DNA from: Bacillota bacterium
GTDB lineage: Bacteria > Bacillota > Sulfobacillia > JAIMAT01
Length of the DNA: 64,000 nt
Direction: 5' to 3'
NCBI GenBank assembly: GCA_029961055.1
Contig: JASBVM010000048.1
Coordinates: 5,600-69,599 of the forward strand
The notes beneath the pieces are model-generated. The model searched no databases, was not told where the DNA came from, and saw nothing but the letters and a program-made list of their open reading frames with translations. The translations under genes and the position numbers were made by a program. Below, one piece after another: positions 11,015 through 22,326 of this stretch. How positions within the stretch are numbered: position 1 is the first letter of the stretch; each line of letters begins with the position of its first letter.

Positions 11015-12010
11015 ATGAAGAAGCTGATCAACCGGGTCGAAGACGTGGTCGACGAGATGCTGGACGGCTTCGCGGCCGCCCACGCGGACCGGGTCCGGCG
11101 GCTGGAGGGGACGCAGGTGATCGTCCGCGCCGACGCCCCGGTCCGGGGGAAGGTGGCGCTGGTCTCGGGCGGCGGCTCCGGCCACGAACCGGCTCACGCC
11201 GGCTACGTGGGCGAGGGCATGCTGGATGCGGCGGTGGCCGGGGCGGTCTTCACGTCGCCCACCCCGGACCAGGTGCTCGCGGCCATCCGGGCGGTGGACG
11301 GCGGCGCCGGCGTCCTCCTGATCATCAAGAACTACACCGGCGACGTGATGAACTTCGAGATGGCGGCGGAGATGGCGCGGGCCGAGGGCATCCGGGTCGA
11401 GCAGGTGGTGGTGGCGGACGACGTGGCGGTGGAGAACTCCACCTTCACCACGGGGCGCCGTGGCATCGCCGGCACCGTCCTGGTCCACAAGATCGCCGGC
11501 GCGGCGGCCGCGGCGGGGAGGAGCCTGGACGAGGTGAAGGCGGTCGCGGAGAAGGTGATCGCCAGCGTGCGCAGCATGGGCATGGCGCTCTCGCCCTGCA
11601 CCGTGCCCGCCGCCGGCAAGCCCACCTTCGAGCTGGCCGAGGACGAGGTGGAGATCGGGATCGGCATCCACGGCGAGCCCGGGGTCCGGCGCGAGGCGCT
11701 CCGGCCGGCACGGGAGATCGTGGCCGAGCTCGCCGCCAAGGTGCTGGACGACCTGCCCTTCCAGCGGGGCGACCGGGTGGTGGCGCTGCTCAACGGCATG
11801 GGAGCCACGCCGCTGAGCGAGCTGTACGTGGCCTACCACGAGCTGCGGGCGGTGCTCCGGGAGCGGGGCGTGGAGGCGGCGCACAGCCTGGTGGGCGAGT
11901 TCATGACCTCGCTCGAGATGGCCGGCTTCTCGGTGACGTTGCTCAGGCTGGACGACGAGCTGGAGCGCTACTTCCTGGCGCCGAGCCAGGCGGTCGCCTT
12001 CCGGCGCTGA
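11015..12010 (+). CDS. dhaK: Dihydroxyacetone kinase, DhaK (DHA-binding) subunit.
   Basis: MKKLINRVEDVVDEMLDG...SGGGSGHEP...; RBS GAAAGGGAGGGTG. Confidence 0.9.
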   Translation: MKKLINRVEDVVDEMLDGFAAAHADRVRRLEGTQVIVRADAPVRGKVALVSGGGSGHEPAHAGYVGEGMLDAAVAGAVFTSPTPDQVLAAIRAVDGGAGVLLIIKNYTGDVMNFEMAAEMARAEGIRVEQVVVADDVAVENSTFTTGRRGIAGTVLVHKIAGAAAAAGRSLDEVKAVAEKVIASVRSMGMALSPCTVPAAGKPTFELAEDEVEIGIGIHGEPGVRREALRPAREIVAELAAKVLDDLPFQRGDRVVALLNGMGATPLSELYVAYHELRAVLRERGVEAAHSLVGEFMTSLEMAGFSVTLLRLDDELERYFLAPSQAVAFRR

Positions 12011-12165
12011 TTCCGGGGAAGGAGCGGGCGGCGGAGGCCGGGCGCGGCGGAGCCCGGGAGAGCGCAGACACGGGGGAGACACGGGGAAGAGACGTCTACC
12101 ATGAGGTACGCGCGGCGTCCGGCTTCCGCCGGGCGCCGCGGTGCCGGGGAGGTGCCCGGAATCGG

Positions 12166-12846
12166 ATGGCGGAGGAGATGGACCTGGAGCTGGCTCGCGC
12201 CGCGATCCGCGCCATGGCGGCGGCCATCCGCGAACATGCGCAGGAGCTGACCGACCTGGACGCGGCGATCGGCGACGCCGACCACGGAACCAACATGGAC
12301 CGCGGCTTCCAGGCGGCCTTGGCGCGGCTGGACGGCGGCCAGGGAGACCTGGGCGGTCTCCTGCGGGACGTGGCCATGGCGCTGATCTCCACCGTGGGTG
12401 GCGCGTCGGGACCGCTGTACGGGACCGCCTTCCTGCGCGCCTCGACCCCCCTGGCCGGGCGGTCGGCGGTCTCGGCGGCAGAGGTGGAGAAGGCCCTCGC
12501 CGCCGCCGTCGAGGGGGTGCGTGAGCGGGGCGGTGCCGCGCCCGGGGAGAAGACCATGGTCGACGCGCTGGTGCCGGCCCTGGAACGCTTCCACGCCGCG
12601 GTGGAGCAGGGCGCCGGCCTCGCCCGGGCGCTCGCGGCGGCGGCGGAGGGCGCCTGGCAGGGGGCGAGGCAGACCGTCGACCTGGTGGCGACCAAGGGGC
12701 GCGCCTCCTACCTGGGCGAGCGGTCGCGGGGTCATCAGGACCCGGGCGCCACCTCCTCGGCGCTCCTCCTGCAGGCGGCGGCACGGGCGCTGGCGGGCGA
12801 GGGGGAGCGGCGGGCGGCCGGCGGTCCGGGCGGGGGCGCCGGCTGA
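12166..12846 (+). CDS. dhaL: Dihydroxyacetone kinase, DhaL (ADP-binding) subunit.
   Basis: MAEEMDLELARAAIRAM...DADHGTNM... Confidence 0.85.
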   Translation: MAEEMDLELARAAIRAMAAAIREHAQELTDLDAAIGDADHGTNMDRGFQAALARLDGGQGDLGGLLRDVAMALISTVGGASGPLYGTAFLRASTPLAGRSAVSAAEVEKALAAAVEGVRERGGAAPGEKTMVDALVPALERFHAAVEQGAGLARALAAAAEGAWQGARQTVDLVATKGRASYLGERSRGHQDPGATSSALLLQAAARALAGEGERRAAGGPGGGAG

Positions 12847-13238
12847 TGGTGGGGCTGGTGCTGGTCTCGCACAGCCGGCGGCTGGCCGAGGGGCTCGAGG
12901 AGCTCCTCCGCCCGCTGGCGGGCGACGTGCCGCTGGTGCCGGCGGGGGGCACCTCGGACGGCCGCCTGGGCAGCGACGCCACGCGGGTCGCGGAGGCTTG
13001 CCGCCAGGCGGACCGGGGCGACGGCGTCCTCGTCCTGGGGGACATCGGCAGCTCCATCCTCAGCTCGAAGCTGGCGCTGGAGCTCCTGGCCGCCTCCGAC
13101 CCGGCGATCCGGGTCCGCATCGCCGACGCGCCCCTGGTGGAGGGCGCGGTGGCGGCGGCGGTCCAGGCCAGCCTGGGCGACCCGCTGGAGGCGGTGGTGC
13201 GCGCCGCCGAGGAGGCGGGCCGTCAAGCCAAGCTGTGA
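12846..13238 (+). CDS. dhaM: Dihydroxyacetone kinase phosphotransferase subunit (PTS EIIA-like DhaM).
   Basis: MVGLVLVSHSRRLAEGLEELL...; the ATG overlaps the dhaL stop. Confidence 0.8.
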   Translation: MVGLVLVSHSRRLAEGLEELLRPLAGDVPLVPAGGTSDGRLGSDATRVAEACRQADRGDGVLVLGDIGSSILSSKLALELLAASDPAIRVRIADAPLVEGAVAAAVQASLGDPLEAVVRAAEEAGRQAKL

Positions 13239-13282
13239 AGGGTCCGATCCGGGAAGAGGGTGGAGCCCTGGGACGAAGGGGG

Positions 13283-14454
<1,172 letters not shown>

Positions 14455-14467
<13 letters not shown>

Positions 14468-16290
14468 GGCGGAGCCTCCAGCAGGGCCGGCTCCTCCACC
14501 AGCAGCTCCTGCTCCAGCTCCCACATGCGCCGGTAGAGGCCGCGCCGGGCGAGAAGCTGCCGGTGGCGCCCGCGCTCCACCACCCGCCCGCGATGGAGGA
14601 CCACGATCTCGTCCATCGCCTCCAGGCCGGCCAGACGGTGGGTGACCAGGAGGAGGCTCCGCTCCCCCAGGTGGGCCAGGAGCGCCTCCATCAGCCGCTG
14701 CTCGGTCAGCGCGTCCAGGCCGCCGGCGGGTTCGTCCAGGAGGAGGATCGGAGCCGGCCGCAGGAGCGCCCGCGCCACCGCCACCCGCCGTCGCTCGCCG
14801 CCCGAGAGCCGGAGCCCGGCCTCGCCCACCTGCGTCGCCATACCCTCGGGAAGCCCGGCCCACCATTCCTCCAGCTGCGCCACCCGGAGCGCCCCGCGCA
14901 GCTCCGCTTCGCCCGCGCCCGGGCGGCCCAGGCGCAGGTTCTCGCCCAGGCTGGCGTGGAAGAGGTGGCTCTCCTGGGCCACCACGCTGAAGAAGGAGCG
15001 GACGAGCGCCGGCTCCATGCCGCGGGTGGGGCGGCCGTCCAGGAGGATCTCCCCCGCCTCGGGGTCGCGGAAGCGGACGAGCAGGTCGAGGAGCGTGCTC
15101 TTGCCCGATCCGCTGGGCCCCACCAGCGCCACCCGCGCGCCCGGCGCGAGCGAGAGGTCCAGGTCCGCGAGCGCCGGCCGCTCCGCGCCCGGGTAGGTGT
15201 AGCGGAGCCCCCGCACCTCCAGGCGGACCGGCCCGGCGGCCACCGGCTCGACCTGCTCGGCCGGCGCCGCGGAGGGCGACGCAGAGACCGGTCCTGAGGT
15301 CAGCGGCGGCAGGGGAGGCTCGGGCACCGGCGGGGGCGTCCGCTCCAGCTCCTCCAGCCGCCGGGAGGCCTGGACGCTCTCGCCCAGGCCCGCCAGGGCG
15401 GCGGGCAGCGGCATCACCGCCTCGAAGGCCGCCAGGGCGGCCAGCGCGACGGCGGCCACCTCGGGGCCGGGCAGGTGGCCCGCGCGGACCCGAGGCACGG
15501 CGAGCAGGAGGACCGCGGCCATGGCCAGGTTCTGGGAGAGACCGAGCAGCGCGCCGGTCAGCGCCTCGGCGCGGCGCAGCCCGCGCTGGTGCCGGATGAG
15601 GCGGGCGCTGGCGGCGGCCAGGCGGCGAGTCCATGCGCCTTCCTGGGAGAAGGCGACCAGTTCGGTCATCCCATGGACCGCGTCCACGCCCAGGGTGGTC
15701 AGCTCCGCCCGGGCGGCGGGCAGCGCCTCCGCCTCCTGCCGCGCCAGGCGGTGGGAGAGGGCGGGCAGCACCGCCCCCGCCAGCAGGTAGAAGAGGCTGA
15801 AGGCCAGGGCGAGGGCGAGCCCCCGCGGGGCCAGGATCGCCCAGCCCAGGAGGAGGGTGAGCGCCGCCACCGCCGGCGGGTAGAGCAGCCGCAGGAAGAG
15901 GTTCTGGAGCGTCTCCACGTCCTGGACCATGCGGCTGAGCAGATCGCCCCGGCGGATCCCGCCCAGCCCGGCGGGTGCCAGCGGCGCCAGCGCCCGGTAG
16001 AAGGTGACCCGCAGCTCGGCCAGGAGGCGGAAGGTGGCGTCGTGGGTGACCAGCCGCTCCAGGTAGCGGAAGACGCCCCGGGCGATGCCGAAGAAGCGGA
16101 CCCCCACGATGGGCACCCAGAGGAGCAGGATGGTGCTGGGGCGGAGGGCGGAGGCCGAGATCAGGTAGCCCGAGACGGCCAGCAGGCCGACGTTGGAGCC
16201 CACGGTGAGCAGGCCGAGCAGGAGCCCCAGCGAGACCCGCCGCCGGAGCGGCCGGAGGAAGCCGAGCCAGCGCCGCAGGACCCCGTCCAC
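14455..16290 (-). CDS. cydD: Thiol-reductant ABC exporter, permease/ATPase fusion (second cydDC-type subunit).
   Basis: N-terminal 6-TM domain plus an ABC ATPase (LSGGERRRVAVARALL, Walker A/B). Sits in the cydAB operon; the C/D naming is ambiguous. Confidence 0.8.
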
Positions 16291-16292
16291 CG

Positions 16293-18086
16293 CTACCCCT
16301 CCCCCTGCCCGGCGCCGGCCGGTGCGCCCGATCCCACGTAGGCCCGCGCGAGCCGCGCGTAGAGCCCGCCCTGCCGGAGCAGCTCCCGGTGCGAGCCCGA
16401 CTCCACCAGCCGGCCCTCCCGGAGGACCAGGATGCGGTCCATCTGCCGGATGGTGGCCAGCCGGTGGGCCACCACCAGCGCGCCGCGACCGGCCAGCAGG
16501 CGGCGGAGCGCCTCCTGGACCAGCGCCTCGCTCTCGGGGTCGAGGTGGGCGGTGGGCTCGTCCATCACCAGCCAGGGGGCGCCGCGCAGCCAGGCGCGCG
16601 CGATGGCCAGGCGCTGCCGCTCGCCGCCCGAGAGACCGGCCCCTTCCTCGCCCAGCTCCGTCTCCAGGCCGAAGGGCAGGCGGCGGACGAACTCCTCCGC
16701 CCCGGCCGCCCGGAGCGCCGCCCAGAGCTCCGCCTCGCCGGCTCCCGGCTTGGCCAGGCGCAGGTTCTCCGCCACGCTTCCGGCGAAGAGGTAGGGCTGC
16801 TGGGGGACCAGGGCCACCTGGGCGCGCCAGGCGAGCGGTCCGATCTCCTCCAGGGGGCGCCCGCCCACCCGGATCACGCCCGCATCCGGCCGGAGGAAGC
16901 CCATCCAGAGCGCGAGGACGGTGCTCTTCCCGGCGCCCGTCGGCCCCACCAGCGCGACCCGCTCACCCGGCTCGACGGCGAGGTCGAGCTCCTCCACGGC
17001 GGGCCGGCCGGCCCCGGGGTAGGTGAAGGTGACCCCCTGGAAACGGACGGCGCCCGTGCCGGCGGGCACCGCCGCGGGAGATGGGACGGCATCCTGCGCC
17101 CGCCCGGCCGTGCCTTCCGTCTCCGGCCAGGCGGCCGGCTGCTCCAGGATCTCGAAGATCCGCCGGCTGGCGGCGGCGCCGGTGGCGGAGGCGTGGAACT
17201 GGGTGCCCAGCGTGCGCAGCGGCTGGTAGATCTCCGGCGCCAGCAGCAGCACGAAGAAGGCGTCGCGGAAGGGGATGCCGCCGCTCAGCAGGCGGAGCGC
17301 CAGCGCCACCGCCACCACCGCGGTGCTGATCGAGGCCAGGAGCTCCAGTGCCAGCGCCGACAGGAAGGCGATCCGCAGGGTGGCCATGGTGGCGGTGCGG
17401 AAGCGGTCGCTCACCCGCGCCACCGCCTGTTCCTCCACCCGTTCCAGGCCGAAGAGCTTGAGCGTCGGCAGCCCCTGCACCACGTCCAGGAAGTGGGCGC
17501 TCAGGCGCGCCATCTCCCCCCACCGCCGCCGGGCTGCCACCGCGGCCTGGCTTCCGATCAGCCACATGAAGAAGGGCAGGAGCGGCAGGGTGACCAGGAA
17601 GAGGAGCCCGGAGACCCAGTCGCGCGGGAAGACGAAGGCGACCAGCAGGAGCGGCACCAGGGCGGCCAGGGCGAGCTGCGGCAGGTAGCGGCTCAGGTAG
17701 CTCTCCAGCTGTTCGACGCCCTCCAGCAGCGTGTTGGCCAGCTCGCCGCCCTGCTCGCCCACCGCCTTGGCCGGGCCCGTCGCCAGGAGATGGCCGGCCA
17801 GCCGCTCGCGCAGCTCCTGCTTCACCCGCGCGGCCAGCTCGAAGGCCGCCAGATCGCTCCCCCAGGCGAGGAGCGCCCTGGCCAGCATCACGGCCAGCAG
17901 GGCGGCCGCGGCGCCCGTCAGGGCGGGGAGGGCGGCCCCGCGCAGGAGAACCCGGTCGACGATACCCGAGAGAAGCCAGGCCTGGGCGGCGGTGAGCAAG
18001 CCGGCCACCAGCCCCAGGACCACCACCAGGACGAGCAGGTGGCGGACCGGCCGTACCCGCGCGATCAACCTGCGGTCCATGCCCAT
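16293..18086 (-). CDS. cydC: Thiol-reductant ABC exporter, permease/ATPase fusion (first cydDC-type subunit).
   Basis: LSGGERQRLAIARAWL; start MGMDRRL at 18086 with a GAGGTGAGG RBS. Confidence 0.8.
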   Translation of the reverse strand: MGMDRRLIARVRPVRHLLVLVVVLGLVAGLLTAAQAWLLSGIVDRVLLRGAALPALTGAAAALLAVMLARALLAWGSDLAAFELAARVKQELRERLAGHLLATGPAKAVGEQGGELANTLLEGVEQLESYLSRYLPQLALAALVPLLLVAFVFPRDWVSGLLFLVTLPLLPFFMWLIGSQAAVAARRRWGEMARLSAHFLDVVQGLPTLKLFGLERVEEQAVARVSDRFRTATMATLRIAFLSALALELLASISTAVVAVALALRLLSGGIPFRDAFFVLLLAPEIYQPLRTLGTQFHASATGAAASRRIFEILEQPAAWPETEGTAGRAQDAVPSPAAVPAGTGAVRFQGVTFTYPGAGRPAVEELDLAVEPGERVALVGPTGAGKSTVLALWMGFLRPDAGVIRVGGRPLEEIGPLAWRAQVALVPQQPYLFAGSVAENLRLAKPGAGEAELWAALRAAGAEEFVRRLPFGLETELGEEGAGLSGGERQRLAIARAWLRGAPWLVMDEPTAHLDPESEALVQEALRRLLAGRGALVVAHRLATIRQMDRILVLREGRLVESGSHRELLRQGGLYARLARAYVGSGAPAGAGQGEG

Positions 18087-18192
18087 GACCGGAGCCTCAC
18101 CTCGACGCGGGGGCCGGCCCCAGGGGGCCGGCCCCACCCTTGCTTCCTAATCTCCCACGTGCAGGCTCGCGAAGCCAGCCAGGCCGTCGCCC

Positions 18193-19206
18193 TCAGTAGA
18201 TCAGCCTCTCGCGGACGCCGATCCGCTTCCGGAAGATCCAGTAGGTCCAGGCCTGGTAGGCGAGGACGAAGGGGACCAGAGTGACCGCGACGATGGTCAT
18301 CACCTTCAGCGTGTACGGGCTGGAGGAGGCGTTGTAGACGGTCAGATTCCAGGCCGGGTTGAGGCTGGAGATCATCACGTTCGGGTAGAGCCCCAGGAAG
18401 ATGGTGGCCACCGCGGCGACGATCATCACGCCGTTGAGCACGAAGGCCCAGCCGTCGCGGCCGCGGTCGAGCATCGGCCGCACCGCCAGCAGCGCCAGGC
18501 CGCCGACCACCACCAGGAGACCCGGCAGGAAGCCCGGCTTCTGGAAGAGGTCCGTGGCGAAGTAGCTGTAGACCGCGAAGAGAGCGGCCACCACCGTGGT
18601 CACGGCGCCCACCCGGCGCGCGGTGCCCACCGCCCGGTCGCGGAGCTCGCCCTCGGTCTTCAGCGCCAGGAAGAGCGCCCCGTGCAGGGTGAAGGCGAGC
18701 ACGGCGAAGAGGCCGCCCAGGATGCCGTAGGGACCGAGCAGCGTCCAGAGCGTCCCCGTGTAGTTCATCTTGGCGTCGATGGGCACGCCGTGCACCAGGT
18801 TGGCCAGCGCCACGCCCCAGAGGAGCGCTGGCAGGAGGCTGCCGACAAAGATCAGCCAATCCCAGGTGTTCCGCCAGCGCCGGCTCCCGTCGCGGCTCCG
18901 GTACTCGAAGCCGACGCCGCGGACGATGAGGGCGAGGAGCATCAGGACCAGCGCCAGGTAGAAGCCGCTGAACATGGTCGCGTACCAGTTGGGGAAGGCC
19001 GCGAACATCGCCCCGCCGGCGGTGATGAGCCAGACTTCGTTGCCGTCCCAGTGGGGGCCCACGGTGTTGAGCAGCACCCGACGCTCCTGGTCCGAGCGAC
19101 CGAGCCAGGGAAGCAGGATGCCCACGCCGTAGTCGAAGCCCTCCAGGAAGAAGTAGCCCACGAAGAGCACGACGATCAGCGCGAACCAGACCGTGTTCAG
19201 ATCCAT
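18193..19206 (-). CDS. cydB: Cytochrome bd ubiquinol/menaquinol oxidase subunit II.
   Basis: MDLNTVWFALIVVLFVGYFFLEGFDYGVGILLPWLG... Confidence 0.9.
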   Translation of the reverse strand: MDLNTVWFALIVVLFVGYFFLEGFDYGVGILLPWLGRSDQERRVLLNTVGPHWDGNEVWLITAGGAMFAAFPNWYATMFSGFYLALVLMLLALIVRGVGFEYRSRDGSRRWRNTWDWLIFVGSLLPALLWGVALANLVHGVPIDAKMNYTGTLWTLLGPYGILGGLFAVLAFTLHGALFLALKTEGELRDRAVGTARRVGAVTTVVAALFAVYSYFATDLFQKPGFLPGLLVVVGGLALLAVRPMLDRGRDGWAFVLNGVMIVAAVATIFLGLYPNVMISSLNPAWNLTVYNASSSPYTLKVMTIVAVTLVPFVLAYQAWTYWIFRKRIGVRERLIY

Positions 19207-19219
19207 TCGCCTTCCCTCC

Positions 19220-20614
19220 TCAGACGCCCACGCCCGGCTCGACGCCGACCACGGGGGCCGCCTCCGCTTCGGTGCTCTCCAGGCCGAGCCGGACGTACTT
19301 GAGCGTGAGGTAGACGTCGGCCGCGGCCATGACCGCGTAGAGCAAGGTGAAGAGGCCGAGGCTGAGCCCGACGTCCAGCGCGCTCACGGTCGGCGAGACC
19401 GCGTTGGCCGTCTTCAGGAGGCCGGTCACCACCCACGGCTGCCGGCCGATCTCGGTCATCAGCCAACCGGTGGTGTTGGCGATGTAGGGCAGCGCGATCG
19501 CCCAGACGAGCAGCCGCAGGAAGCCTCTCCGCGCGCCCAGGTCCCGCTTCCTCCACATCAGGACGGCGCCGTAGATGCCCAGGATGAGCATCAGCACGCC
19601 GGCCAGCACCATGATGCGGAAGCTCCAGAAGGTGACGCCGACGGGCGGCACGTAGTCCCCGGGACCGTAGCGGGCCACCGCCTGCTGCTGCAGCTCGGCG
19701 ATGCCCGGCACGCTGCCGGAGAGCCTGCCGTAGGCCAGGAGGCTGAGGGCGTACGGGATCTGGATCTCCAGGTAGTTGCGCTGGTTGGCGCTGTCGGGGA
19801 TGGCGAAGAGCGTCCACGGCGCCGGATCCGGGCTGGTCTTCCACAGCGCCTCCGAGGCCGCCATCTTCATCGGCTGGGCGCTGACCAGGTGGACCGCCTG
19901 GGCGTGGCCCATCACCACCACCAGAAGGCTGAAGACCGCCGCGAAGAGGACCCCCAGCCGGAGCGAGCGGACGAAGAGATCGGGATGGTGCCCGCGCAGG
20001 ATCTGGTAGGCGCTGATGCCGGCGACGAAGAAGCCGGCGGTGGCGTAGGCGCCGAAGATGACGTGCGGGAACTCCACCCAGAGCTGCGGGTTGCCCAGCA
20101 GGGCGAAGAAGTCGACCATCTCGGCCCGGCCGTGACGGAGGACGAAACCCACCGGCTCCTGCATGAAGGAGTTGGCGGTCAGGATCCAGAGGGCCGAGAG
20201 GGTGGTGCCCAGGGCCACGAGCCACATGGAGGCCGCGTGGAGCGACTTGGAGACCTTGTCCCACCCGAAGATCCAGAGTCCGAGGAAGGTGGACTCCATG
20301 AAGAAGGCGAGCAGCGCCTCCACGGCCAGGGGTGCCCCGAAGATGTCGCCCATGAAGCGGGAGTAGTCCGACCAGTTCATGCCGAACTGGAACTCCTGGA
20401 GGATGCCGGTGACGACGCCCAGCGCAAAGTTGACCAGGAAGAGCCTGCCGAAGAATTCCGCCAGCTTCCTGTACGCCATGTCGCCGCGACGCACGTAGAG
20501 CGTCTCCAGGATCGCCACGAGGACACTCAGGCCCATGGTCAGCGGCACAAACAGAAAGTGGTAGACGGTCGTGACGCCGAACTGCCATCGCGCAAGCAGA
20601 AGATTCAGATCCAT
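19220..20614 (-). CDS. cydA: Cytochrome bd ubiquinol/menaquinol oxidase subunit I.
   Basis: MDLNLLLARWQFGVTTVYHFLFVPLTMGLSVLVA... plus a Q-loop. Confidence 0.9.
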   Translation of the reverse strand: MDLNLLLARWQFGVTTVYHFLFVPLTMGLSVLVAILETLYVRRGDMAYRKLAEFFGRLFLVNFALGVVTGILQEFQFGMNWSDYSRFMGDIFGAPLAVEALLAFFMESTFLGLWIFGWDKVSKSLHAASMWLVALGTTLSALWILTANSFMQEPVGFVLRHGRAEMVDFFALLGNPQLWVEFPHVIFGAYATAGFFVAGISAYQILRGHHPDLFVRSLRLGVLFAAVFSLLVVVMGHAQAVHLVSAQPMKMAASEALWKTSPDPAPWTLFAIPDSANQRNYLEIQIPYALSLLAYGRLSGSVPGIAELQQQAVARYGPGDYVPPVGVTFWSFRIMVLAGVLMLILGIYGAVLMWRKRDLGARRGFLRLLVWAIALPYIANTTGWLMTEIGRQPWVVTGLLKTANAVSPTVSALDVGLSLGLFTLLYAVMAAADVYLTLKYVRLGLESTEAEAAPVVGVEPGVGV

Positions 20615-20810
20615 ACTCCGCCCTCCTCGCCAGGAGCGCGCACCTGCCGGCTGTGGGGCGAGGCAAAAGACAACTTTACCGTGAAAAAATAGCCTCGCTC
20701 CTACCTAAGCGTACGCGAGGCCCTATCCGCGCTGAAATCACCCAACAGGGGGATCTACGCCTGGCACGAAGGGAGGATGGGGCGGAAGCTGCCCGGAACA
20801 TGCCGCAGCG

Positions 20811-20858
20811 TCGCAAAAAAGCTGCCCGGGCTGCGAAAAATAGACGCCCGGGCAGCTT
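20811..20858 (-). terminator. Intrinsic terminator downstream of the osmC-like gene.
   Basis: Perfect 12-bp inverted repeat AAGCTGCCCGGG...CCCGGGCAGCTT followed on the minus strand by TTTTTTG. Confidence 0.7.
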
Positions 20859-20882
20859 CGGCCAGATCCGGTGGCGTTCGCC

Positions 20883-21419
20883 TCAGCGGCGGCCGACGGG
20901 CGTGACCGATGCTTCCAGGGGTACCGGGTTGCGCAGGCACCAGGTGGCCGGGCAGCGCTCTTCCGCCAGCCGCAGGAGGCGGTCCAGCGTCTCCTGGGGG
21001 GCGTCGCTCTCCACCTCCACCTCCCAGCGGAGCGCGTCGAGCGCCGGCGCCTCGCTGACGCCGAAGAACCGCGCGAAGTTGAGGTCGGCCGTCGAGCGGA
21101 CGTGGAGCGAGCGAAGCTGGACGCCCTCCAGCGCGGCGACCAGCGCGTAGGTGGAGGCGAAGCAGGCCATGGCGCCGTACATGCAGTACTGGACGGCGCT
21201 GGGGGCGAGACCGTTGCCGCCCATGTGGGGCGGGAAATCCGCCTGGAGCGTGACCTGCCCGGCCCTGGGGGTGGCGAGCGAGGCGGCGAACTGGGGCTGG
21301 CCGTCCTGGAAGTTCCAGTCGCCCTCGAGGACGACGGTCTGCCGGGTGCTGCCGCCGGAGGCGGCCTGGTCGATGGTGGAGCGCAACGCCTCGACGTCGA
21401 CGTTCTGGAACACGGTCAT
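20883..21419 (-). CDS. OsmC/Ohr-family peroxiredoxin-like protein.
   Basis: 178 aa; MTVFQNVDVEALRSTIDQ...CMYGAMACFASTYALVAA..., the two-cysteine OsmC fold pattern. Confidence 0.7.
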   Translation of the reverse strand: MTVFQNVDVEALRSTIDQAASGGSTRQTVVLEGDWNFQDGQPQFAASLATPRAGQVTLQADFPPHMGGNGLAPSAVQYCMYGAMACFASTYALVAALEGVQLRSLHVRSTADLNFARFFGVSEAPALDALRWEVEVESDAPQETLDRLLRLAEERCPATWCLRNPVPLEASVTPVGRR

Positions 21420-21486
21420 CCCTCCCGGGCGTCCGGCCGGCAGGCCCCGCCTCCGCCGCGGTGCGCGGAGGGTGCCCCGCCGGCTC

Positions 21487-21508
21487 TATTCAATCATGCC
21501 ATTGAATA
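21487..21508. promoter_or_regulatory. AT-rich 8-6-8 palindrome TATTCAAT-catgcc-ATTGAATA in the osmC/arsR divergent promoter; candidate ArsR-family operator.
   Basis: Perfect inverted repeat in a ~70% GC background, 38 bp upstream of the ArsR-rhodanese start and 68 bp upstream of the osmC start. ArsR/SmtB repressors bind TGAA/TTCA-containing 12-2-12-type dyads. Confidence 0.55.
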
Positions 21509-21545
21509 TACCAAAGAATGCGGGGAGACCAAGCGGGGTGAGCCG

Positions 21546-22322
21546 ATGGGCGACGGTGGAGATCGGTCTCCGGCGGGGCGCATGGCTGCGGACGACCGCG
21601 CCGCCGCGGAAGGGGAGGCCTTGGCAGGGCTCGCCCGCTTCGCCCGCGCCCTGGCCCACCCGCACCGGCTCCGGCTGCTCGGCCTCCTGGCGCAGCGCCC
21701 GCGGACGGTCGAAGCGCTGGCGGAGGCAGCCGGGCTCAGCGTGGCCAGCGCGTCACAGCACCTGGGCGTCCTGCGGCGGCAGCGGCTGGTGGTGGCCGAG
21801 CGGCGTGGGCTCTACGTCGAGTACCGCCTGGCGGGTGAAGATATCCTCGGCTTGTGGCTCGAGCTGCAGAGCGTGGCCGCGCGGCACTCGGGCCGCCTGG
21901 CGGAGCTGGCGCGCGAGGCGGGCGGGCAGGGGGAGGGGCAGGGATCGGAGCCGCCGGTGAGCGCGGGCGAGCTGGCCGGGTCGCTCGACCGGGTGCTGCT
22001 GCTCGACTTGCGGCCGGCGGCGGAATTCGTGGCCGGCCACCTGCCGGGGGCGCATTCGCTGCCGCCGGAGGCGCTGGCCGCCGGGGCGCAGGCGCTGGAA
22101 CGGCTCCCGCGGGGAGCGGGGGAGAGGGTGGTGGCGTACTGCCGGGGGCCGTACTGCTTCCTCGGGCGGAGCGCCCTGCCCCTCCTGCGGCGACGCTTCC
22201 CCCGGATCCGGCTCCTGGCGGGAGGGTTCGCCGCCTGGAGGGCCGAAGGATACCCGGTCATCCGCGGGGACGCTGCGGCCGAGGCAGGTGGTCCGCCCGT
22301 CCTCCGCGCAGGGAGGCGGTGA
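21546..22322 (+). CDS. ArsR/SmtB-family winged-HTH regulator fused to a C-terminal rhodanese domain.
   Basis: HTH: LAHPHRLRLLGLLAQRPRTVEALAEAAGLSVASASQHLGVLRRQRLV. Rhodanese: LLLDLRPAAEFVAGHLPGAHSLP...VAYCRGPYCF (active-site Cys loop). Alternative start 21582. Confidence 0.7.
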   Translation: MGDGGDRSPAGRMAADDRAAAEGEALAGLARFARALAHPHRLRLLGLLAQRPRTVEALAEAAGLSVASASQHLGVLRRQRLVVAERRGLYVEYRLAGEDILGLWLELQSVAARHSGRLAELAREAGGQGEGQGSEPPVSAGELAGSLDRVLLLDLRPAAEFVAGHLPGAHSLPPEALAAGAQALERLPRGAGERVVAYCRGPYCFLGRSALPLLRRRFPRIRLLAGGFAAWRAEGYPVIRGDAAAEAGGPPVLRAGRR

Positions 22323-22326
22323 ACCG

